A DNA stretch of 64,000 nt from the human T2T-CHM13v2.0 reference genome, Homo sapiens. Both the position numbers and the translations under genes were made by a program. Where the stretch lies: NCBI RefSeq assembly GCF_009914755.1, contig NC_060942.1; one strand, given 5' to 3'. Below the pieces are notes generated by a model. It had not been told where the DNA came from, did not search any database, and saw only the letters and a list, made by a program, of their open reading frames with translations. This document shows, in pieces, positions 48,685 through 64,000 of the stretch (its first letter is position 1; each line of letters opens with the position of its first letter).

Positions 48685-48994
48685 TTTTTTCTTTTTTTTT
48701 TTTTGTGAGATGGAGTTTTGCTCTGTCGCCCAGGCTGGAGTGCAGTGGCATGATCTCGGCTCACTGCAACCTCTGCTTCCTGGGTTCAAGTAATCACTTT
48801 TCTGCCCCAACCTCCTGAGTAACTAGGACTACAGGTGCCCGCCACCATGCCCAGCTAATTTTTTTTTGTATTTCTAGTAGAGACGGGGTTTCACCATGTT
48901 GGCCAGGCTGATCTCAAACTTCTGACCTCAGGTGATCTGTCTCTCTCGGCTCCCAAACTGCTGGGATTGCAGGCGTGAGCCACCGCACCCAGCC
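48685..48994 (-). mobile_element. Alu (S-type) inserted in an L2 remnant
   Basis: Reverse dimer, TSD taaatatt. Confidence 0.94.
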
Positions 48995-49499
48995 TGCCTC
49001 TAAATATTGCTATATACAAATACATCTGCATTGTTTCAAACCCTTGCACTCGCAAGGCTCCTTCTGCTGTAAGTACTTTGTACATGCCCTTTCCTCTTTC
49101 CCAGAATCTTTTTCTATCTCTCTGGCCTGGTTAACTCCCATTCACCCTACAAATCTCAACTTTTATTTTCTTCCCCACCTGGTCAAATCTTCCACATTAA
49201 ACTGCTGCCTCTCATTTAGAGCACTTGTCACAATTGCAATGTTAAATTTGTTCAAATAATTATTTGATTAATACTTGTTTCTCAACAAAGACTACATTTC
49301 CATGATTGTAGTAACCCTTTTTTTGTTCATGCTTGTATTCCCAGCATTACTATGACTCCTGATTCTTAGTAGACACTTAATAAACATTTGCTGAATGAGT
49401 GAGCAAATGAATAAATAAATGACTAATGAGCATTTCTGACAAGCAATTCTTTGTTTTCCTTTTTCTATTCTAGTGTTTATCGGCATATTAAAGTGATGT

Positions 49500-50780
49500 C
49501 TTGGGCCACATTTGATAGGGTGGGAGTTCCTAGTCTAATCTCAAATATGCTGGACGTGTATTACAGTAGCATATTAATAAAATATGAGATGGGCCTACCA
49601 AACATTTCTAGTATGGCTTTTGCACAAGAACAGACAAATATACTTATGAATTTTAACTTAGAACTCCAAAGAGACCAGTGTATAAATGGATACTTAATAT
49701 CTGATAAAAGTGGCAGCAGACACAATGAAGAAAATAAGGAATTATTTAGTGGTGGCATTGGGAAAACAGACTCACTATTGGAGAAAAATAAAATTGGTCC
49801 CCTACACAACCAATTTTGTATTTATACGTATACTGTGGTGGAAGACACATAAAGTTAATGAAAAATAATACAGGAGAACATCAGTGTTATACAGAGGTAG
49901 GAAAAGATTTTTGAAATAAAACCTAAAAAGCATATACCATATAGGAATAAAAAAAAACAGATACACTTGATTACATTAAAATGCAGGCTTTCTATTTGAC
50001 AGGTGACACCATAAATAAAGTTGATAAACAGAAAATAGCTTGGGAGAAGACATTTGTCATGACTAAAACAGATGAGAGAATAATATCTAGAAAATACAAG
50101 GAACTCCTACATGTCAACCAGAATGTGGCAGAACCACAACAGAAAAAGATGGACAAAGAGTATTACTAGGCATACTCTTACAACAGAGGAATCTGAAGCC
50201 TACCAAGTATATTTTAAGAAATCAGAGAAAGGCACATCAAAGTCATAAAATATCCTTCTATACCTATTTGGCAAAAATTAGGAAGCTAATAGCAAATGTT
50301 GATAGGCCTGTGGATGTTTGGGAACCCTGGTGCATTGTTGGTAGAATTATAAATTTGATCAAATATTCAGGACAGTAGCCTAACAATGATTGTTCAAGGT
50401 AATAAGTGAATACCCTAAAGCCCAGCAGTTTATCTCTTGGCTAATAACCCAGAGAAATTCTCACTGAAGTCTATGAAGGGATGGTTTGTTGTAGAGGGAG
50501 TTGGGAGCAATCTGGGTTACCATCCTTGGAGAGTAGATAAATTATGGTGACAGATCCACCCCATGGATCACTGTGCAAAGTTAGAACCAATAGGCTAATG
50601 GCAATATGAATGGATCTTAAAAACATAGAACCCAGTGAAATAACTAAAAATAGAATATTTCTACATCCAATATAAATTTAAAAAGACAAAAAATCATTAC
50701 ACTGAACAGCAGCATTTTAATAAAAATTATATAAACAAAAACACACATTCTAAACACATTCAACTAATTTTTGTGGAGGT
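49500..50780 (+). mobile_element. Old L1 (L1M) ORF2 3' region and UTR
   Basis: Degenerate ORF2 peptide in ORF 49981..50169 (INKVDKQKIAWEKTF...IISRKYKELL). Confidence 0.75.
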
Positions 50781-53774
50781 AGAAAGGAATGAGTTTGAGA
50801 AGCAAAGCTTGTGAAGGGGTTAATAAGGAGAAAATAATTAATATATCACAATATGTTTAAATCTCATTTATTTTAGTAAGTGGAAGAGGAAAAAATTAAA
50901 TAGTATATTATTTTTTCCTATTAGTTATATGTCTGTTTATATAGCATTGGTATATATAATACTTTTTTCTACCTTATAATCAGGAAGCAGTAATGCAAGG
51001 AATTATTATTAAACCAAACGGGTAGAGAAATTAACATTGTTCCAAAAACAGGAAGGACTATAAAACCTGGTGATCACATATAACCAGATAATAACCAGTA
51101 GTAAACATGTATTGCTGTTATTCAGTTTGTCACACACAATCACCAAATAAAAGGAGGATTTGGAGTGTATTCCAAGATGATAAATGAACCAAATATTCTC
51201 TGGAGGAGTGTTAACTACACAGATTCAATCCCTCGTCATCTATTAACAGGAGATGAATATTTTAGGTAGCCTATAATTGTAATAGAAACTAGTGAGAAAG
51301 CAAGCTTTAAGTTATGTTACCAACCAAATCAATAGATTTATAATGATAAGTTAATGGGTTTTGTCACACATCTACGTAAGGTAGGCAAAGAACAATATTT
51401 TGGGGAAGACATCTGGTTGCAAATAATAAATACTATGTAACAAGAGTGAACATAAAACATTTTATCTACTAAGCAAATGTATTTTAATTATAGAAGGAAA
51501 CTAATTCTGCTGATCAGTGCCTGAAGTGTTTATCACCTTGAGGAAAGCAACTAAATCTTGTGCTCCAATCAAAAATCAATTGACCCACATTCTGTAACCT
51601 CTGAAAGTCAGAGATGCTGTTTCTCTTCTTTTGGACCTCCTAAGAGTATTGTCAGTCCCAAAGTATTCAAAATAATATGAAATTCTAAGAAGATTATAAA
51701 ATAAATATATCTCTAATCCCAGAAAAGTTTAAAGAAATGCAGAACTGGTGAAGAAATAAATTAACCCCTGTTGATATTCTAGAAAAGCATGATAATGCGT
51801 TTTGAAATAATTTTATTTATGTCTCTCTCTCATGTTTAAGATATTGAAATACTCAAAATAACCAGCAGTCTTATTGCAGTGTATATTGTTTAAATTATCT
51901 TAATTAGTCAACTTTAGAAATAATTTTCAAATGCTGAAGGAAAATTTTTCTTTGAAATTTTGTGAATAAAATGTAGTATACATAGCTGTGACATTCGAAA
52001 GGAAAGTGTAGTAACTGTCCACAGCAGTTGGGCTTTAGGACAGTTTGATGGGGCATATGAGAGACGGAAGAGAGAGAGTTTTGAGGAGCAGCTGCTTTTA
52101 TGCCTAGAAGACATTTAGAATCAAAAATGGGGAGAAACGGGAGGTAAATTGTTAACTGTTTAACTGTACATTTAACATTTACTCTTCCTTTTGAAGTTTC
52201 TCAAGTTGTGAATAAAGATTTGAAATTATATCAAGTATATTTTTGTGTAGGACTTTTTTGGGAGAGCTTTGTATATGATTTTTTTAAAATATAGTTCTGT
52301 ATTCAACATTGATCATATGACTGCTTGGTTTTATATAGTTTATATAAGCTATAGTTACTGCTTTTCTTAGTCATTTTCTTGGTCTTCCTCACTGTCATTT
52401 GAATACATAACGTCTGCCTCCAAGATTTAAACTGGAAAAAAAAATTGATATGAGTAGCCCCTAGCCTTCTTTCTAGGAGCTTTCAGGCATTCATCTAACT
52501 ACACTTTCCTAAAGGGAGTGGACAACATTTTCCTTCCCTTATTGCCTGATTGGCCTTTGCAAGTAAAGGCAATATCTAGAGCATGTGTGGCTCTAACACC
52601 CTTTTGGTCCCTTCTATAGTAATTTGTGTGGAGATCACACTTCCTAGATCACAATGTGCAATTGCTGAGTCTACTTCCTATTATGGAGTTAGCAGTCGTT
52701 AAAGACTTGTAGGGTGATAAAGGCTATTAAGATTGGGTCAGAGGAAATGAGACTTTTGCTGTCTCAAAAGAATATCTGATCAATATTGTCCTCAATGGTT
52801 TATATGAAGGAACTATTTCTTCTTCTCTAAAATTGAAATAACAATGAGATACTTCAAAAAATTTTAGTGAGATCAGATATATATATATTATGTAGCATTT
52901 ATATTTACTTACATATATTTATGTATTTATGACAGTGCCTAGAACATAGTAAGCATTCAATAATAATTAGCTAATCTATATTAGTATGTACAGAACCTAT
53001 AATTATTTCTAATGTGTATCAGGCAGTCATCTTACCAAGTTTAATGTATCTCTACTGTCCTTCATCATCAGGGTTCAGGTGGGAACCCCATAGATTGAGA
53101 AAAGCAGCCACTTGGCCTGTTCCATATCTCCAACAGGAGTCAAAAGAGAACCTCAGAAATTTCTGAACCCTTGACAAGACCTTTCTTCCCTCACCCAGCC
53201 CAGCCCTCATTGTGTCTCACTATTATACATTTAAAGGTTATAGGACTAATCTTCTAGGGTATTTATCCTATTTATCTCAGCCCCCAGAAGAAGTTCTGGT
53301 TCCCCAGGCATCCCTCTTCCCCTGGAATCTAATCCCCTTAAGGCTCCAGACATACCCTTTGCTGACCCCACCCCAAATCTCTAAACCCTATTGACTCTTG
53401 AAGTCAGCAGCATCTGTTATATCTTCAACCTCTTCTCACAGTTCTTTCTCTAATGGACATGAGCCCTTTCACTTGGAGGCCTTTTTCATACAATACCTCT
53501 AAGACTGCTGGGGCTGGAAGTTGAGTAGGTATTCTCTTTGCTTTTTCTCTCCATTTTCAACTAATTCTCCCTCTTGCAAACCTGAATAGCACCACTCCTA
53601 GCACTGAATCTCAAGACAGCAGGTTATTGCTCCCACTCTACCCCTCCTTCTTGTCATCTACAGATTTCTCCAGAGCACATTTTTTTTATTCTAGGGTAAT
53701 GCCCCTGGCTCCCTGTCATACTGTTTAAAACTCCACTCCTCTCATAACTCCTGAGGATTTCAATATGTACACCG

Positions 53775-54675
53775 CAGTAGGCAGAATAATGGCCTCAAAA
53801 AATGCCCATTTCCTAATCCTCAGACTCTGTGAATATGTAGCATTATATGACAGAAGTAGCAGATGGAATTAAGGTTGCTTATCTGCTGACCTTAAAAAAG
53901 GGAGATTATTCTGTTTCATCTGGATGGCTCAATATAATCAAAATAGTCCTTCAATGTAGAGGAGGGAGGCAGACGGGTGACAGCCAGAGATGTGATGATG
54001 GAAGCAGTGTCTGTGATAGGACTTAAGAAAGATGTGGGCCGGGCGCGGTGGCTCACGCCTGTAATCCCAGCACTTTGGGAGGCTGAGGTGGGCGGATCAC
54101 GAGGTCAGGAGATCGAGACCCTCCTGGCTAACACGGTGAAACCCCATCTCTACTAAAAATACAAAAAATTAGCCGGGCGTGGTGGCAGACGCCTGTAGTC
54201 CAGCTACTCAGGAGGCTGAGGCAGGAGAATGGCGTGAACCCGGGAGGCGGAGCTTGCAGTGAGCCGGGATCACGCCACTGCACTCCAGCCTGGGCGGCAG
54301 AGCGAGACTCCATCTCAAAAGAAAGAAAGAAAGAAAGAGACAGAGAGAGGAAGGAAGGAAGGAAGGAAGGAAGGAAGGGAGGGAGGGAGGGAGGGAGGGA
54401 GGGAGGGAGGGACCTGCTGTGCTGGCTTGAAGATGGAGAGAGGAGCCATGAGCCACAGAATATAAGCAGCATCTAGAAGCTGGTAAAGGAAAGAAAAAGA
54501 AGGTTCTCCCGTAGAGCCTTCAGAAAGGAACAGAGTCCTGCTAACACTTTGCTTTTAGCCCAGTGAGACCCTGGACAGACTTCTGACCAACAAAACTACA
54601 TGATAGTACATTTGTGTTGTTTTAAGCCACTGAGTGTATCATAATTTGTTACGGTAACAATAGAAAGCTCACACA
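53775..54675 (+). mobile_element. MLT1 (MLT1D-like) MaLR LTR split by an AluY
   Basis: taggcagaataatggcc...gatggaattaaggttgct... / ...gttttaagccact...atttgttacggtaacaatag. Confidence 0.85.
54037..54411 (+). mobile_element. AluY-like with (GAAA)(GGAA)(GGGA) tail
   Basis: ggccgggcgcggtggctcacgcc, Y-type diagnostics. Confidence 0.96.
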
Positions 54676-57600
54676 CTCTAGTTCCTCAGTTCCTTAAGTT
54701 CCTCCCATTCAATGTCATCCTCCACCACTGCCTTCGCTATCCACTGGATGATCCTACTCTAGCTCTTACTATTGCTAAGCACCGTGACTACTCCGCAAAT
54801 CTCAATTTCAAGCATTCCGCCCCATGACCACCATCTTTTACTTTCACAGCTCCCTCCCTCTATTCTCTCAGTTTCAACGAATCTTAGACTGCTCTAGTAA
54901 CTAAATTCGTAGATTCTACCAGTTTTACTTTCTCTCACCCCCTTTACGGCCCCATTTTGCTCCTCATCCAGCTTAACTTTCCTGATAACCATTATAGTCT
55001 GTCTAGTAATCACTCTTTGCATATACCTCTTCTCTATTACTGTCCTTTATAGCTTCATTATTCTCCCTTTTCAGGGTCACTCCCTGATCAGTCTAACTCT
55101 CCACTTAGCTAGCTGCTACGCACAGTTGAATGTGGCTAGAGATAAACTCATATTCAGGCTGAGGAATTTCACCTTAAGCTCATCATTAGTACCTCACATA
55201 GGCCTTCATCCTGCCCTGGAATCTTACTCTATTTGTCTAGCCCATTCACTTCCCCTTTATCCTTGGCAGTATTTTCATACTACCTTCTCTCTACTCAAAC
55301 TGCCTATTTATCCTCTTCTGTCCTCACTTTCCATTACTGACTTTGCTTCCTATTTCACAGAGAAAATGGAAATGATCAAGGATAACTTCTGTAAGTTTCT
55401 CCACATCTACCCACTTGCCTGCATCTGTGCTACGTGGCTTTTTCCTGTGTATTGTGGAAGAACTGACCCTGTTCATAGCTAAGGTCAACTGCTTCATTTG
55501 TGCATTAAGTCTCACCTGCTCCCACCTGCTTAAGAACATTGCTTGGCAATTCTGCTCCTGCTCTCCTAAATCATCAGTTGAATCCATCTCTATCTATCCA
55601 ACAGCATGTGAACCAAGCCAACATAAATACCTGCCTCTCTATATCCCATTTCTTCCTCTAGTTAACACACCCCATTCCTCTACCCTCTTTTAAAAAAAAA
55701 AAATTCTGGGGAAAGGTGTTTTATATGTACTGTCTTCAGTTTTTTTCCTCTCATTATCTTCTGAACCACTTCTAATCAGGTTTTCACCCCTACCTCTTTA
55801 CCAAAAGTGTTCTTACAAAGGTGATAGACAGTTTCATATTGTTAAATCTAATGGTCATTTTTCAGCTTTATGTTAACTAACTGTGGAAAGTTGGTACACC
55901 TGTCATTAAAACTCACTCTTCACTTGGCTTCTGTTTTTCCTTCTCTACCTTATTTATTCTTTTTTCTCTCCATAATCTCTTAATATTGCAGTTCCCCAGG
56001 ACTCCGTAGTTGGACATTTATTATGGTTTTATCTACATTCACTTTTTGTGGATCTCATTCAGTCTTCTGACTTTAAAAACTGTCTCTAAGCTGATGGTCA
56101 GAAATTCTAAAATGCTCTCTCAGATTTCTCCCTTGAAATTCCTACCCCCTATAAAAATTTTTAACTTACATGCCTCATAGGAATTGCAAAATTATGTTTC
56201 CAATTCTGAGCTCCTGATCTTCTCCATCTCAGAATCTTTTCCCTTTCAATTAATGGCAACTCCATTCTTCATGTTGTTTAGGACAACATCTCTTCAGATT
56301 TCTTTGTCCCCTCATATTCTAAATCCAGTCTGTCTGTAACTCTTAGCAAATGTACCTTTAAGATATATCTGGAATCCACCCAATTCTCACCATTTCCATC
56401 AGTATTATCCTGGTCCAAACCACTGTTGTCTCTCACCTGGATTATTCCAAAAATCTCCTCATCGGTCTTTCTGCTGCCAATACTCTCCACTTGGGTCTAT
56501 TTTCAAACTGGCAGCCAGATTGTCCCTGTTAATAAATAAATAAGTTGGATGGAGCCATCTCTCTACTCAAGCTCTTCGGGAATTCCTCCAAAATAAAAAT
56601 ATTTTTAAACATTCGCCTAGAGGCTTCTCATCTCTTTTAGATGAAATCCAGAGTATTTCCAGTGGTCTACAGGACCAGACAATCCATCATGGATCTCTCC
56701 TACTCTCCCATCATCCACCATGCTCCAGTCACCTTGAGCTCTTTGCTGGTTGGTGAAGACACTGTCACGCTCCTGCTTGGGCCTTCTATTTCCACGTGGG
56801 ATGATCTTCAGATAGCCACACTGCTTGTTCCCTCACCTCCTTCAGGTTTTGACCCTTATGTCTCCTCAGTGAGATCTTCTCTGAACACTCTAATTGAAAT
56901 TTCAAACCTCTGATTGCTTTCCAGAGCTTTTAACCAAGAGCCTGGTGACTTTACTGTGGCCCCTTCCCCTAGCAGGTCTTTATTTCCTTCACAGACTGGA
57001 AACTCCTTTCTGCTTATCACAGTGGTTTGGTTTAGTTTGTCAGCTTCCTACTTCATAAAACTTTAGAATACAGCACATGCTTTGAAGGCAAAACCAGAAG
57101 TTCATGAAATCCCTCCAGTCTCTGATTTTGTCACTCCAGCCCCACACAATTGCTAAAAACTCTGCTACTTTCTTTCTTCCCAAGCAGTGGCCTTCTGCTT
57201 TGGCTGAGCCTGGATTCTCAGCCTCCAGCCTGTGTCCAGTAGCTTCAAATGCTCCCTGAGAAAAATGCGGCTAGAGCTGGTGTTCTCCTCTTTAGATTTT
57301 AATCTATTTCTTCTTTATTCTGAAACTCTCTGCGAGCTCTAAACAGATAGATTTTGTATTTTATCCAGAGCTTCTTATTGGCCTTGGTGAGAATATTGGT
57401 CTAGCATAAACCACTCCATCCTACCATCCTGCTCTCATATTTTATTACTTTTTTTCTTCCTTGGTCTCTGTGTTAGAATGTAATTTTCACAAGGTCTTAT
57501 ATTCATCTCCATTTTTAGTTTTTACAGCTGTCTGTTACAGTGTGGGCTTTTGGTAAATATTTGTTGAATAACTATATGTGTGCACGTATAGTTTATGCTG

Positions 57601-58076
57601 TCTAACTACTTGTAATCCACAGACTAATTATTAACAAATTATGATGTTGCTTTGAGATAATAATATGTAAAATACTGGCTATAAACCTGAAATTTACACT
57701 GGATCATCTGAGAAGGGATCCCATATAAAGGTTATTATCTTTCAGGATTACTGGGAAATTAAGCATGAGAATTCATATAATTTCCAGTTGCAGGAAGTAT
57801 ATGAAAAAAATTAATAAAATAGTGGTCATAAACATGAGACTCAAACTAAAAATAACAAATCCTGTTATTCTTAATTGCAAACATTGATATGTCAATTAAT
57901 CTGTATTTTATGCAAAAGCTACAGTTCTATGTAGCTTGTTCCTGAGAAAGTAATAGTAGAAATTAATTTATTTAACTATGGTTAATATTTGACTAATCAG
58001 TTTTGGGAAAGCCAGCTAATAAATATGTGTAGCTATGGAGATGGATGGATAGATATGTAGATACATACATACACAA

Positions 58077-58126
<50 letters not shown>
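58077..58126. repeat. (ATAG)12 tetranucleotide STR
   Basis: Direct reading. Confidence 0.97.
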
Positions 58127-58302
58127 GTACAGATACAGATAGATATCCTGATGGTGATTAAAATATGATCTTTTATTTTATTTAACCAGAAAGATGATGG
58201 GAAGTCATTTTACAAAGGGCATGGATTTGCACAGACAGAAAGAGACAGATGTTCTAGATCAGCAAGGGATGATCTTTCATGGTATCGTTGGGAGTGGATT
58301 AT

Positions 58303-58366
58303 TTTTTAGAATGGCTGCTAAGAAACTTGAGGAATTTTTAGAATGGCTGCTAAGAAACTTGAGGAA
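58303..58366. repeat. Perfect 32-bp tandem duplication
   Basis: tttttagaatggctgctaagaaacttgaggaa x2. Confidence 0.95.
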
Positions 58367-58694
58367 CTTGAGCACTGCAAGTTGCCACCGTGGGGTCATG
58401 AGCTGAAGATACTTATCCTCAAATGGAGAAAGAGGAGATTTAGGTGGAAAGATCAAGAGCATCGTTTTGGACATGTTAAGTTTAAGGTGTCTAAAGACAT
58501 GACGAGTAGGCAGTTGTGTAAGTGAATTGAAGGGAAATCTGAGCCTGAGACATAATTTTTTAGTTCACTCCAGATTTTGCCACCAATGAATTTCTGTGCA
58601 GGTCTACTTTTCTTGCCAAATAAGTTACAGAGTTGGGGAAAAAAACCCAGCTTTGGTTTCTAGAGTTCTATTGTTTTTATAAATTTGCACTCAG

Positions 58695-59279
<585 letters not shown>

Positions 59280-59669
59280 AATTTGCACTCAGAATGGTGA
59301 ATTTATTACTCAATATAGGGGAGGAGATAGTCATACTTATAATGCATATCTTCCTTTCTAAAGTAAGAAATAACTTATCTGTTCAATGAGGAAGGCATGT
59401 GGGGTTGGGTGAGGCAGGCTTAAAATGGGTGACAAAAATTTAAAATAGCTTTGAATCAGTTACAGACCTAGCCAAAAGTCCTTGAACAGATTGCTAAGAA
59501 GTGTTGAGGGCACAGATGATGTTTTACATCATTTTTATTAATTTGTAGTGGCTTAAATATGAGTGATGTTACACAGATTCACTTTTGCCCACCTATAGGA
59601 AGTGTATCTCCTTTAATACCGAAACTTCTGAGATAAAGATTGGCTCTGTCCAAATTAAATAGACTTGAA

Positions 59670-59889
59670 CTCTTACTTTTTCCCCTCCTTTCATTTTTTT
59701 CCTTTTCTTTACGTTTTCTCTTGCTTTCTTTCTCTTTGTTTCTTTCCATTTTTGTTTCTTTTTCTTTTCTTCCTTTCCTATTTTCTTACCTTTTTCCTCC
59801 CTTCCTCTCTTTGTTCTCTTTTCCTTCCTTCCTTCCCTCCTTCTTCCCTCCCTCCCTCCTTTCCTTCCTTCCTTTCTTTCTTCCTTCCT
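59670..59889. repeat. Polypyrimidine / (CCTT)n low-complexity tract
   Basis: Direct reading. Confidence 0.9.
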
Positions 59890-60529
59890 ATGTGCCAGAA
59901 AATCACAAGTTCAAATGCCTTTAGGAGCCAGTCACCTCACTGTCCATGTGACTGAGCTGATTACATATAATAAAGTTTAGCAGGGACACATGCACCACCT
60001 AAGAGTAATCACATTAGAAGGAAAATTGTAAACACATAAAAACTGCCTGTAGGCTGGATTAACCAAAAGATTACCAGTTTTAACCACGGCCATATGTATA
60101 CATGAAGAACCACTGAAAGATTTTAAACATTGGCATGATGGGGGTCAAACTTGGAACACTTCTTCCAACTGGAGAGGTGCTGGAGGACAGGACATCAGTT
60201 AGGAAACAACAGCAGATGTTTAGCCAAGAATCCTGGGGCCTAGAACAAGCCTGTGAGTAGGTTTAGGTGCAAGAAATGGAGTCGGTGGTATTTAATGAAC
60301 AAAATCAATAGGGCCTGGAGATTCATCAGATCCAATCACTTCTGAAACATTTACTGAGCCACGTACTTGTTTGTATTGCTAGCCTCCCCCTACCCCGAGC
60401 CCAGTATCAGCAGATGTGCTTTCTCCAAAACAAAGTCAGTTAAACAAAACCTGTTCAAGTACATCAAGTCTTTTGTAGCCCCTTCAGGGGCATTCTTAAT
60501 ACACAGCAACACAATAATCTTTTTTAAAC

Positions 60530-61068
<539 letters not shown>

Positions 61069-62594
61069 TAACGCAACCGTCTTTGAAAGCCTTTCTTCAG
61101 TGGCTAACCTCCTCAACATCCTTTACACAGTGTTTTGCTGCTTCCTGAAAATTTAAATGTACCTCTTTCTGACTTCTCACTCTCTACTCCTCAATGGCCA
61201 CCACTACCACGACATTAAATAAAATAAACTACCCCTTCATTCTCAAGGCTCTTTGCTTTTTTTCCTCACTTCTTTTTTTTTTTTTTTTTAAGACCAACTT
61301 TATGGAGATACAATTCATATGCCTTTTTCTTATATTCGTTTTATTTCACTCAAAGGTCATCCTCACTAGCATATTACTGGTTAGCTTGATTTTCATAACA
61401 AAACCCTAGAGCCGAAAGTCCTCATGAGGAGGGGGGCAGTGAGGTGGGCATGAGGGAAGGAAGGGGTAGGAGGGGGGATGCTTAGTACACCCTTATTGAG
61501 CAGAAGAAAGGAAGGATACTTGAAATATTTATAGAAAAGGAAGGATTCACAGCCCTGGTCACTTAGATAAAAAGGTAAATAAGAAGCAGTCCCTGCCCTA
61601 AAGGAGCTTTTAGCATTTGTGGATGGATTACATGGATGTTAGGTAATTACAAGGTGGGCTGCATTTGATATGTCCCTTATTTTCAACTTAGAGACAGGAA
61701 GTACCTGCCTGAAACTCTCACAAATACTTCAAGGTCAAAATATCCCAAACTGGAGCCATTCTTTTTCTGTAATAAAAACTGCCTTGTAGTTAATGGTTTC
61801 ATGATTCTCCCATTTATTCAGGAAGGGAACTAGGGAGTCATCATAGACACTCTCTCTGCCTCCACCTCACAACCGTCAGTCTCCAGGTTACTGCTTTCTG
61901 CAATGCCTCATCTCTCATCTGGACCATCTTAATTGATCTCCCTGCTCTACAACTCCTCCAAGGCAACTTCCAAAATACTGATTTTCCACCTGTAGTTTTT
62001 GGACTCTCATGGTTCTTGTATGTTGGCTCGTTTGTTTTGCTTTTGGTTATTTTTTGTTTTTGTTTGGTTCGAGAGTCCTTTCCTCTACTTCAACTCAATG
62101 CCCCCTCCCACCTTGCTCAGGGAGCTGTCCCCGACTTTCCCATGTGGGAAAAAGCACTTGAATCTTCCATGTGCACACAGTCTTTGATATGTGCCTCTGT
62201 TATGGAAACTGACCAAAGTGTTGTCATTATTTAGTTGATAAAGCTGTCTCTTCTAGAGTGCATTAATTTCTTATTCTTCATATGTGCAGATAATTGCAGA
62301 ATTCTGGAATGGATACATGGTTGGAGATTTCATGGATGATATTGTTAGTAGCAAAGATAGGGATAACAGGAAAGTGCCAGTTTGTGAGGGAGTTAAATAA
62401 ATTGATTTTTAAAATACTGAGTTTGAGATTTCTGTGGGCAATCCAACTGGAAATAATTAGTAACATGGGCATGGAATTCGAAAGAGGCATTGGTCTGCAC
62501 AAACAAACTCGGTTATAATTAGTATGTGGATAGTCAGAGCAACCCCAAATGAAAGCAATCCATCTGTTTAACCTATTGATACTTTTAAAAAACT

Positions 62595-62874
62595 TTTATT
62601 TTATTTTTAATTGACAATAATGACTGTATATATTTATGAGGTGCAATGTGATGCTATGATACATGTATGCATTGTGGAGTGATCAAACCAGACTAACACA
62701 TCCATCATCTCAGATACTTATAATTTATTTGTTGTGTTAATCTATTAATTATTTTGATTCCTTTTTTGGTTTATTATATGTAATTAAGGTATACAACATG
62801 ATGCTTTGATATGCATAGAGAAATTATTACTACAGTCAAGTAAATTAACTTATTCATCACTTTCCATAGTTGCC

Positions 62875-62905
<31 letters not shown>

Positions 62906-63530
62906 AGTGTGTGTGTGGTAGGAGAACCTAAAACCTACTCTCTTTGCAAATTTTTAGTGTACAATACTATAGTATTAACTAAAATCCTTTTGCTGCACAC
63001 CAGATCTCTAGACTTCTAAATCCCACCTAGCTGCAAATCTGTACCGTTTAGTCTACTTCTTCCCATTTCCTCCTCCTCCCCAACCCTGAAACCACTGTTC
63101 TACTCTCTGTTTCTATGTGTTTCACTTTTGTTTTAGATTCCATATGTAAGTGAGCTTATACACTATTTTGCTGTCTGTGTCTGGCTTATTTCACTTAGCA
63201 TAATGTACTCCAGGTTCATTCATGTTGTGGCTAACGTCAGTATTTCCTTCTTTTTAAAGGCTGAGTTCTATTCCACTCTGAGTGTATATATACACAATGA
63301 TTGGTTTATCCATTCATCCATCAATAGGCACTAAGTTTGTTTTCATATCTTGGCTATTGTGAATCATGCTTCAATGAACATGGGAGTGCAGATAGCTCTA
63401 CAAGGTGCTGATTTAATTTCTTTTGTGTATATATCTAGCATAGGAATTGCTGAGTTGCATGGTAGTTCTATTTATAATTTTTGGAGAAACATCACACTGT
63501 ATTCTACAATAGCTGTACCAATTTACATTC
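62595..63530 (-). mobile_element. L1MA-type 3' ends (two pieces) with internal (TG)n at 62876-62918
   Basis: ttagattccatatgtaagtgag...ctggcttatttcacttagcataat...ttggctattgtgaat. Confidence 0.85.
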
Positions 63531-63811
63531 TTAGAGAGAGTTTTGAGATTGGGTGGAAGACTGCTGTGTTTTCCTTTCACAGAAATTTTAACAGCTGATG
63601 ATCAAAATGCATATTTTAGAAGAATGTGAATATGTGAAATATTTAGCACAAATTTATAGGAAGCATTTTTTAATGATTAAGTAGCTATAAACATCTTCTT
63701 TTATTGTGTGTGGAAATGAGAAAGTCTGATCTTGTTTAAGTGTGTCTTGGCCTTAGTTTTCTTATTGTTAAATAGGAATAATAATAGCAAACCTTGGAAG
63801 TATGTTATTAA

Positions 63812-64000
<189 letters not shown>

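Larger units (their letters stand above)
53500..56900 (+). mobile_element. Long degenerate L2 with nested MLT1 and Alu
   Basis: Pyrimidine-rich L2 body (tgactttgcttcctatttcacagagaaaat, atggcaactccattctt, ctcacctggattatt). Confidence 0.7.

Noticed and set aside
49451-49852. 133-aa ORF upstream of DSC2
   Set aside because: Lies in a decayed L1 ORF2 region and is not an independent gene.

Overview
Primate, almost certainly human, genomic DNA (chr18q12.1 desmosomal cadherin cluster by established knowledge). It contains the complete desmocollin-2 gene (DSC2) on the minus strand. I traced 16 coding exons from ATG 44221 to TGA 10283, all with GT-AG boundaries, giving 2706 nt = 901 aa (isoform 2a). 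A 46-nt cassette exon (10567-10612) gives isoform 2b. A CpG-island promoter lies at about 43.3-44.8 kb, a long AT-rich 3' UTR lies to the left, and about 19 kb of repeat-rich upstream DNA (Alu, L1, L2, MaLR, simple repeats) lies to the right. The allele encodes Val776, whereas I recall Ile in the reference. Almost all listed ORFs other than DSC2 exon fragments are repeat-derived or chance ORFs. I cannot support a new multi-gene system here. The best leads are cis-level: a U13 snoRNA retrocopy, a 58-nt near-perfect palindrome, an L1 end fused in frame to exon 2 with a sense poly(A) signal, two GC-rich minisatellites in the CpG island, uORFs, a twin-primed Alu, and a miR-25/92 site overlapping a poly(A) hexamer. 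Repeat family names and boundaries come from recognition by eye and are approximate.
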